Shown: piece after piece, positions 54,732 to 64,000 of the stretch
Layout: each line of letters starts with the position of its first letter
How positions within the stretch are numbered: the stretch's first letter is position 1
NCBI GenBank assembly: GCA_951406725.2
Contig: OX597819.1
Location: 113,584,001 to 113,648,000 of the forward strand
Source of the DNA: Octopus vulgaris
Lineage: Eukaryota
Reading direction: 5' to 3'
Length of the DNA: 64,000 nucleotides
Program-made: the position numbers and the translations under genes
Notes under the pieces: generated by a model
Told to the model about the DNA's origin: nothing
The model's input: only the letters and a program-made list of their open reading frames with translations
The model's database searches: none

Positions 54732-55106
54732 AAAATGCTTAGTGGAATTTCGTCTGTCTGCACGTTCTGAGTTCATATTCCGCCGAGGTCAACTTTGCTT
54801 TTCATCCTTTCAGAGTCGATAAAATAAGTACCAGTTGATCATTGTGGCCGATGTAATCACCTTAAATGCTCCCTCGAAATTGCTGGCCTTGTGCCAAAAT
54901 TAGAAACCAATATCTTACAGCCATGACTTTTCAAAAAAAAAAAAAATTATCAAATTTGGATACCAAAGTATTATTTGATTTCTGTTCTTTCAGTGTTGGG
55001 AAATGTACATTTCTTTTTGTATCGTTCTTTTTCTTGTTTTTTTCAAAACTTTATAACAGTTTATTTTCCTCTTTTTTTTTTCTTTTTAAAAACAAATTTT
55101 ACTCAC

Positions 55107-55379
55107 TTGCTTTTATATGTCCATTAATGGTTTCAAATCCTCGAACTCCACGACCGGCGGAAGCTCGTCAAATTCGAGCTCAACCCCCAGCGGGTCTATG
55201 CAACCTCCAAACATCTCTCCCCATCCACGATGGCTCCTCCAGTCCCCTCCGGACACATTCCGGGCAGCAGCCCCACTCCTACTGCTGATTTACACTTCAC
55301 AATCTTTCTCTCTACCTCTGTACCACCTGGTATACGCAACCAAACGCCACCTGTATTTCTTCCTTCCCATCTCCGCCCA
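55107..55379 (-). other. Candidate 5'UTR exon of an unidentified minus-strand gene
   Basis: Donor CAA|GTGAGT (GT at 55106-55105) with an abrupt change to AT-rich sequence. Possible acceptor TTTTTTTCCCAAG| at 55381-55380, or a TSS near the GC box GGGCGG (about 55373-55378). No minus frame is open across the whole exon. Confidence 0.55.
55113..55214 (-). CDS. Candidate 33-aa uORF/micropeptide MFGGCIDPLGVELEFDELPPVVEFEDLKPLMDI
   Basis: Manual translation: ATG at 55214-55212, TAA at 55115-55113. Non-repetitive, GC/CpG-rich sequence. The stop lies 6 nt before a consensus donor. Too short to appear in the ORF track. Confidence 0.5.
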   Translation of the reverse strand: MFGGCIDPLGVELEFDELPPVVEFEDLKPLMDI

Positions 55380-56430
55380 CTTGGGAAAAAAATGTCATAA
55401 CAGAATTTAACTCTGGTCGATATTACGGAATATGGTTATATTAGTCGATAGTAGTAATTATCTCTGGTCAACATTACAAAATATAACAATATCAAAGCAT
55501 CCAGAGTTAGAACTGGAGAAAGGTTATTTTCTACAGATACATCGATTTTAAAGTAAGTAAAACTTGCAGGTATAAATTTTGTCGTTATCCTCCATAAAAA
55601 TATATAGCTAACCAAAATCAATTTACCATATTTATTGTCTTATTTACCACCATCAAATAAAACAAATTCTGATGTTTCGTTTTTGGATTTGGTTTGCAAG
55701 ATTCTTTATATGAGTTCGTGTGTTGAAGCATATTCTATTGTGTCTGGGGAGAGTCATTTTCTTTTTGTGCCTTATTATGTTACACACTCACATAGTTTTG
55801 AGTCAAATCTATTGGAAAGGTTGCAAGACGCAACGAAAATTTTAGGACTAAAAAAATATAAGAAAAACGTGGAAATTTTACCGGTGAGTGTGTCACATAA
55901 TAAGGCACAAAAAAAAAATGACTCTCCCCAGACACAATAGAAAATTCTGATGTTGCTTACTTCAAAGATACCTGGATCTCGTTAGGCTGCCTGTCTTTTA
56001 AATATACGTGGTCAGAAACAGTTCTTCACTAATTATTAATCTTTTTATGGAGTTAAAAATTCACTGAGCCGCAAACATTCTTTGCTATGGACCCGTATGC
56101 TTCATAAATGGCTCATATTATAGAAGTATCTTCTTTCATATATATCTTGAGTATAGACTGTTTGTTGGTTCCATAAAAATTTTAAATTACCAGTTTGTCT
56201 AAATGAGTCTTTCAAATTTTCTTTTGTTTGGTCAAAAGTAGGGTTTCGAATCTTCAGTAACGCGCGCACACAGTCCGTTTACGTCAATCTGAGTTTTCAC
56301 CATCGGTTTCATTCTTGAGAGTGAAACAATTTTATTATACAAATCTTTTATCAGGGACCGTAATTTTTGTTCGACTTAACTCACACGTGTTAGTTTACTT
56401 TCACTTTTGTCACGAACCGAGGTTCTTCCA
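55380..56430. promoter_or_regulatory. Putative promoter region (CpG-retaining, repeat-poor)
   Basis: Unique sequence with retained CpGs. CGCGCGCA and TTACGTCA (CRE/ATF-like) at about 56261-56286. Further minus-strand donor-like site GAA|GTAAGC at 55960. Confidence 0.35.
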
Positions 56431-58239
56431 AGTAACGTGTATTTTAATTTTTTTTTTGTGCTTGTGTTTTTTTAAATAACGATATGAAGAAGAAGAATAA
56501 TGTCGATATTAAATTTATCGTATGTTGTTATATTTGTTATTTGTTCATTTGCCAATTTGTTGTCAATGTATTCCTTAATTTTTCCCCCCGTGTATTACAA
56601 TTTGCTGTTGTTTTTCTTTTGCTGCTGTTGTGTAAGAAATTTCTGCGAAGAAGCAATACTTCATAAAGTCCATCATTTTAGTGACTCGAAAATGACACTA
56701 TCATCTAAAGAATTCACATTATTTTACTTTCCTATGAAATCTCATAAAATTGACAAAAAAAAAAAAAAAAGAAAAGAAGAAACATGATAAAACCGGCCCT
56801 TGGTAGCATCAAAATCCAAGTTTTTCACGAAAATAAAAGTGATGTTATAAACTCGAAGATTGCGTCTATTAATTTCTATGAAAAAATAATTTTTCCCATT
56901 TTAAAACGAGCAAAGAACTTTTGCATGCAACTTTTATTATTATTATTATTACAAACCATTGCAGAAGACGTTTTTATGCTTATTTATAATATTACTTTGA
57001 AATCTTTAATGAAAATAGGCAAATGAACCTTGACAATTATTGCACTTAATTTGACATAACACTGACAACAAACGTAGAGTAAAATGACTTCATTACCAAT
57101 TTACAATAACCAAAGACATGCCCGCAAGCAGGTTGTAATGAAGGTGTGGTTATTCGTACGTCATTCGACTTACGATTAATGTCACAAAACTATATTATAG
57201 CTAACAAGTTTTTTGTATTTTTATTTTGCCATATAAATTGTTTGTTACATTGCAGCTTTGGAAATTACTGTTTTAGCTTAACCTGTTTATTAACGCCTCG
57301 ACTTTTAGAGATGTCAAGAGAGAGGTTTCAAATATGATTTCGGGCGAAATTTTGCACGCAGGCGAGGCGATCCTTACCCTTGCTCTACATAGTCACACAA
57401 ACTGTTGGAAATAGCAGTCAAATTTTTCTCAAATCACACCCGATCGTCTTCAAAAAAGATAAGTAAATTTGAACAAGCAAAAAAGACTGGGTGATCACGA
57501 GTGGAACATTTTAAATAATTTTTATTCACCGTGAAATTGCTTATCTGCAGCATCAACTTTCATTTGTTAATTAGTATCAAGAAGTCGGATCTTTTCACTT
57601 AAAAAGTGTTTAGTTACTAAGAAATTATTTTTAAAATCTGCCGGTCAAAATGAAAAGATCCCAAGAAGTCATTTGCATTTCTGTCTGTGTGTTGAGTGAC
57701 CAGTTTAATGGACATTTTTCCCGGTTTATGATGACAAAATAAAAAAAAATATTATCGCTATTGGGCAATGTTCACGCGAACGTATCGACACCCCACCTCC
57801 ATTTTTGCTTCATTATTGTTATTTATAATTTTTAGGCGGCGAGCTGACAGAAACGTTAGCACGCCGGGCGAAATGCTTAGCGAGGTTGACTTTGTCTTTC
57901 ATTTTTTCAGGGTCGATAAATTAAGTATCAGTTGCCCCCCTCCCCCAAAATTTCGGGCCTTGTGCCTAGAGTAGAAAAGATATTTTTTCAACAACAGGCA
58001 GAAGACCTGAATTTTTTGTGGGGCAGACTAGCCGACTGTATTGACTTCAATATACAACTGGTACTTATTTTATTGACCCCGAGAGGATAAAAAGCAAAGT
58101 CGACCTTTCGGAGTCGATAAAATAAGCACCAATTGAGCCCTGTGATCGATGTAATCGACTGGCCCCCTCTCACCAAATTTCAGGCTTAAAGCAGACAGGA
58201 TTATTATTTTCGAAAATTTCTTCGGATTTTTAAGTTTTC

Positions 58240-58645
58240 AATTATAATGAAATTATTGTATACAGTGCTCAGGTGCACCACAACTTGTCAGAAAGTGCGT
58301 ATAGAGTATATGCAGTAATGTACAAATGTCTGGAAAGCGAACAATGCATGAGTTAGATACATGCGTGTGTGTGTATGGAGGGGAGAAAATCAGGTATAGT
58401 GTTGGCGAATCTCAGAAAGCATGGAAGTTTTGAAGGATGCAGTGCTCCGATAACTAACAACTGATGCCGGCAGTTTGTTCCATGCTTCAGCAACTCTCAG
58501 CGAGAAAAAATGTTTCCTAAAGTCATGGGAGCTGTGCTGTTTTCTGACTTTGTAAATATGTCCACGGGTGTTAGATGGGTGGAGTTTGAAAAGGTGCTCA
58601 GAGTTATTGTTTGTACGATGGTTGATAATTTTATGGGTGTCTGGA
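58240..58645 (-). mobile_element. CR1-type LINE 3' fragment
   Basis: TRGHIYKVRKQ...RKHFFSLRVAEAWNKLPASVV...SFK is the CR1 ORF2 C-terminal pattern; 3'UTR follows the stop at 58390. Confidence 0.85.
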
Positions 58646-59399
58646 GATAGATTTCGCCCCCCAAACAGCTTTTCAGTTTTAATTTTCCTCCAAACCACAA
58701 TTTAAAATTCTGTTTCGAAAAACTTTTGGTGGGCAGAGGATTCCGTTTTTGAAAATACAAAGATTACAATTTTGAGGAAATAAAAAATCTTTTTATGGCC
58801 AATTGCTTACATGCTTTGTTTTTTCCTGTGGCGCCCCTGTGCCAAATAAAGAAAACATAATTTTATTATTGAAAGCGGTGGATAAAAGAATCGGTTGAGC
58901 CACTGATGAAATTATTTTCCCTGTTTGGTTCCGCTCCTTTACCATTCTGAACTCAAATTGTTGTTAAAGGAAGGACGAGGAGGAGTCTATGTAAACATCC
59001 CGGAGAATAATGTAAATATTTCATTACTTAAGTTTCTGATTTCAAAAGGTGTGGCGTGTTTGTATACATGTCGTTTGTGTGCATGTACACGAGTTATATG
59101 AGTGCCTTATGTGTATATGCGTCCAGTGTGTGTACGCGTATGAGTTCACGAATACGTTCATGTGTGTAGTGTTTGTGCACTTGTGGCTGTTATGTATGTG
59201 TACGTGTGATCTTGTTTGCAGACGTGTGCTCTGCTCGCCATGGAGTACCGCTTCCGCATTAGTCTAAATAAATAGCGCAAATAATTTTGTCAGTCTGTTT
59301 TCCTACATCTGGGATGGTGTTGGTACTATAAAAACAGACATCGCAGAACACATCGAAAGTGGGGCCACTCCACTGATTGGTAATGAAGTCACAAGCACA

Positions 59400-59690
59400 T
59401 TCCAATCTCTAGTTCACAGACGTATTTTCGTCTTTCCCTAGCATTTTCTATCATTACTACAATGACCTCTGCTTCTCGGAGCTAACAGCTCAGATACCAG
59501 CTATGCTCAGGCACTCCTCACTAACTCACATTTCCCCCTCTCACCCATATTGCATCCACTTTTTATCCCAGATCCCACACTAACCATTATTCCTGTTTTT
59601 TTTTTCTCCCCAGAACATTTGACCCTCTGGAATTTCTTCCTTGCACATATTTCCTTCAGTTTTCAACAGTTTAGAGAGAACATTTATGGC
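59400..59690 (+). mobile_element. Old CR1/L2/Jockey-group LINE 3' remnant
   Basis: Decayed HRR...FYHYYNDLCFSEL...PRT...LWN pattern. Confidence 0.55.
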
Positions 59691-60759
59691 AATCATGGGT
59701 AATCTGAATTTTTTTCAGTAGTGTAACCCACCTAATAAGGAATTGTTTCATGTGGCCAGCTTCAGGAAAGAATTTCTCCATGCCTGATTTATGGCATCAT
59801 TCTCACCTGTACTGGAAGACTTGTGAAGGCTATAGTTACCCTTTGACTTTTCTTCAAAACCCTTTGACACTTCTTCACCTCCGGGGCCCCAAGGAAGTGA
59901 ATGTTGTCAATTCTACATTTTATCCCTCTGGAGTTAATGAATTAAAGAACCAAGCAAGCCCAGGGGTTGATATAATAGGCTTATATCTTTCACTGCTAAA
60001 TTTATGCCCATGAGCCTATGTTTGAAACTAATATTAATTTTTTTTCAAACTTTTATATAAAACTTGATATTTATTTCCCACACTGAAAGCGGCGAGCTGG
60101 CAGAATCATTAGCATGCCAGGCAAAATGCTTGGTGGTATTTTGTCTCTCTTTATGTTCTGAGTTCAAATTCCACTGAGGTCAACTTTGCCTGTCATCCTT
60201 TCAGGGTCAATAAAGTGGGTGCCAGTTGAGCATTGGCATCGATGTAATTGACTTACTCCCTTCCTCAAAATTGCTGGCCTTGTGCCAAAATTTGAAATCA
60301 ATATTTATTTGCTGTTCTAAGTCTAAATCCTGCTAAGTTCAACTTTGATTTCACCCTTCCAGATTTGATAAACCAGTCAAGTACTCAGAATACATATATA
60401 TATTATTAACTACAGCTCAGTGTGTGACTTTGCACTTGCTTTAAAAGTTTGTCTGAATTGACTGAGCTTCAGACCTAATATCCTGGTGTATTCAGTTACC
60501 TCCATTTAAATCCCAGAGTTTAATAAAACCAATATCAGTATCAGTGTTTGCACTACTCCCCCACCCCGCCTTCATTTGTGCCTGTGTCAGATATCAATAA
60601 CTGCAGTTGCTGTTTCAAGGCTTTCTCATGGGGATAATATATACCCTTGGCATATATCACAACAGGGCGTGAAGTGGAAGAGTTGATAAGGGGATCCCCT
60701 TGCCTCTACTCTATCAAGTATAGATGATTGTAGAACTGATGACAGCTTGTTTGAAATGT

Positions 60760-61150
60760 CTTCCCCCTTATTTATTATCCCCTTTATCTCTTTCTGTCTC
60801 CCTCCCCATCCTCCCCCCTGATCATTACTCATCCTCCCACTCACTATCTCTCTACCATTTCTGTTCTCCACATGCATCCTCTTCACTGCTTATTTTGCCT
60901 TCCTACCTCTGCCTATTCTATTTCTTACTAATCTCTTTCTCTCTCATATTCTTTATCTCTTGTCCTCCTTTTATATCTGCCCACTTCTCACCCCTTCCTC
61001 CATCCACTATCTATCAACCTTCTCGCAATCTCCCCTACCCCTATCTCTCTCTTTGCATACTTCTGCTCTGATTCCCCTCTTATAGCTTCTCGTCAGCTTC
61101 TACTCATGCTTTATCCTCCTAATTCCTGCTAACTTTCTCTGTTCCCTTTT
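60760..61150. repeat. Polypyrimidine low-complexity tract
   Basis: Strong C/T strand bias. Confidence 0.75.
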
Positions 61151-64000
61151 AACAATGTGTATATATACAGTGTTCTATATGGCTATTATGACCTCTGGCT
61201 TTGTTGCAATGTCCTGCTTCTGATGATAATCCAATGATGCTTGGTACTTGATTGATATCACAGAATCATTAATCATTTAACCAATGATTAGCTATGGACT
61301 TTAACCACTGTATGGTCTGGTAGAAGCAGCATTCAAATGTCCTTCCTATCATACTATCATCATGAAAAAAACTCAGGAAATACCTACTTAGTACATGTAG
61401 TTCTAGATACAGTATGTATCATGTCTCAGTAAATGATGTGATGGTCATAGCTGGATTACCTTTGACCACAAGTTTGCTTGATCAGAGATGACTTGAGGGC
61501 CCAAGCAATTGCAATACTGAATCAAATACCATGGCTACCTTTTATTTTGTATTTGCAATAATTAATATTGACAAGCTGAATCAACCTTCAGGGCTTCTGA
61601 AGTACCTTGTATGTACTTTAAACTCAATCTGAACAGCCAAGTGGAACTGTACTCACAGATATGTACTCTAACATTAGCAGGTAACCATGAAATCTAGCTC
61701 AAATGTTCTCTTTCATTTCTTTCTCAAAGCCCTACAATAATAGTGAAGCTCTACCGTGGAGAAGTTGATTTTGTGCATCAGCAATTCTTTTTTGTTAAAT
61801 GAAAATTATATCAGGCCAAGTAGTCTGACAGCTTACAGCAGGGAAAAAGATGAAATGTTACTTTCATAATGTAACAGAATACAATCAAATGTTCTTTACT
61901 CTTAGAGTTGTATGTATACAAAAAAAAAGAAAAAATTAGCTCTATTATAATTTTGTGAATGTTTCTATGGATGTTACACTGTGTTAATGAGCTCTAAGCT
62001 AGTTGATCAAGGCAGTGATAGAAAGGATGAGAGAGAATGCATATAAACTGGTAAAGTAAGACAGTTTGGTAAAACCAACTGTTAGCTAAGGTAGCCAATG
62101 TCCCTAATTCTCAAAAATGAGTTTCCTTTTAATTTATGTAGAGTGTGTAGTTTCCTAAGAACTTGCTGAGCTGATTGGCCGGTTTTAGCCAATGAAAAGA
62201 GTTGAGCTGACTTTGTTATATCCATCCTACTTTTGGCATGAGTTTATACCTGAAATTAATATAGCCAATAAGGTTTTTATCAATTTTGGTTTTAGCTGCA
62301 ATAGAAATTTCATCATCATCATATCATTACCACTTAATGTCTGTTGTCCATGCTGGCTAAAGTATATGTAGATTTGCCTGGGGGCAAATGAAAGAAAGAG
62401 GAACTATGGAAAGCTAATGACAAAATCATTACATGTATGCATGACTGTATGCAAATATGTATATATTTACTTGCATATGCTGGTGAGGTCTAATAAGGAA
62501 GAAATAAGTCCATAGATAAGACCTTACCTTAAAACAGTTTAGATTTTTCCTTAAGCATGGCAAGTAAATTTTCTGCAAATTCTTTCTTTTACTAATTAGA
62601 AGACAAATTTTAATTCACTGTTATGTATGTTATACATAAATTATTAGTGTATTAGTGTTGTGTTTTTCATAGCTACAGAATATCTGTAAACTTTTTAATC
62701 AATACAAACCACGAAGTGTTGACTAAATTTATACATGTATTCTGAGATACTAAAGTACAGTGCAGCACATGCAGACATGCATATACATGTATGCTCATAC
62801 ATATGCAGTTAAATGTTTTTAAATGTATATATAAAAAAAAAATATTGAATGAAGGATTCAATGTTTGTATTGAGTCTAATGAAACTGCACACTAATATAC
62901 ACAAATATATATAGCTATGTTGTGTTACAAATATATATAACTATATGTGTAAGTATGTGCATGTATAATTTACATGGCTACATATGTGGGTATATCATGA
63001 ACTCTCCTGTTGTCTGATGATGTATAAGGGTTCTGCAATCTCTTGCTGAACAACCACACAGATGATTTGTTTAGCGATTAAATATTTGTGTTCACATAAG
63101 CTAACCCCCTCCGTCAAATCAACATTACTTGTACAGGTGTGCATGACGTGCCGCATGTCATGATGGAATGATCACAGAGCAATGTGAAATGAAGCGATTT
63201 ACTCAAGAACATAGTGCAATACCTGGTATGGGAATCGAAACTACGAACTCGGGATCGTTGGTGTGATACCCTAACCACTAAGCCATGTTTACATATGGAT
63301 ACATACACATACATTGCAGGCATGATTTGAATATCTATCTATCTATATGACTGGCTTCTGTGCCAGTGGCACGTAAAAAGCACCCACTACACTCATGGAG
63401 TGGTTGGCGTTAGGAAGGGCATCCACCTGTAGAAACACTGCCAGATCAGACTGGAGCCTGGTGCAGCCTCCTGGCTTCCCAGACCCTGGTCGAACCATCC
63501 AACCTGTGCTAGCAAGGAAAACAGACGTTAAACGATGATGATATATATATTATACACACACATACATTGCAGGTATAAACTTCTGCAACAAAAGGAAAAA
63601 CAAAACCTCATTTCGGAATATACATTTTTTTTTTCAATTTTTTTAAGCTTTTATTAAGGATAGCATTTAACAATGACAGGGGACACTTTCCTCATAACCT
63701 GTATGCACATACACATGTGCATGCACATGCATACACTTAAACAAATCTTTGTTAATCCACAAATCTATTGCAGGTATTAAAGAGAAAATCTGATTGGCTT
63801 TTGTCTACTGTTTGATAAACTTTGAATGATAAGAAGCATTAGAAATTATTTGTCGATTAGCTAATAAATCTAAACGGATTATGTTAATCCGGTTGGATTA
63901 ATATGTAATTGTTACATGGCTAACAATTTTTACACCTCCTACTCTAATAGATTTTGATGCCAGCTGAGTGCTCCAGTATGTGTGGGTGTGTGCATGCATG

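Noticed and set aside
55117-55410. Plus-strand 97-aa ORF MSINGFKSSNSTTGG...
   Set aside because: Probably an antisense shadow of the GC-rich block; the splice signal favours the minus strand. Not fully excluded without stranded RNA data.

Overview
AT-rich, repeat-saturated eukaryotic genomic DNA. The SINE and microsatellite landscape looks like an octopod cephalopod; this is an inference from family appearance, with no search run. I found no intact host protein-coding gene, and nearly all ORFs in the track are microsatellite or transposon artefacts. Recognisable parts are several dispersed SINE-like families, four decayed mariner elements, MITEs (hAT, piggyBac, Tigger-like and mariner-derived), Helitron/HINE elements, a Merlin/IS1595-type transposase fossil, and fragments of CR1-group, RTE and R4/Dong LINEs. 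The best non-repeat signal is a GC-rich minus-strand exon candidate (about 55379 to 55107) inside a CpG-retaining zone. It ends at a consensus donor (CAA|GTGAGT) six nt after the stop of a 33-aa acidic ORF, MFGGCIDPLGVELEFDELPPVVEFEDLKPLMDI. This suggests a uORF- or micropeptide-bearing 5' exon, with much of the window to its left being intron. Other notable structures: a minimal hammerhead-ribozyme fold in a Penelope-like inverted-repeat composite, a perfect 46-bp hairpin, a 63-bp tandem expansion inside a retroposon, and a TIR element with an 8-bp TSD that splits a SINE.
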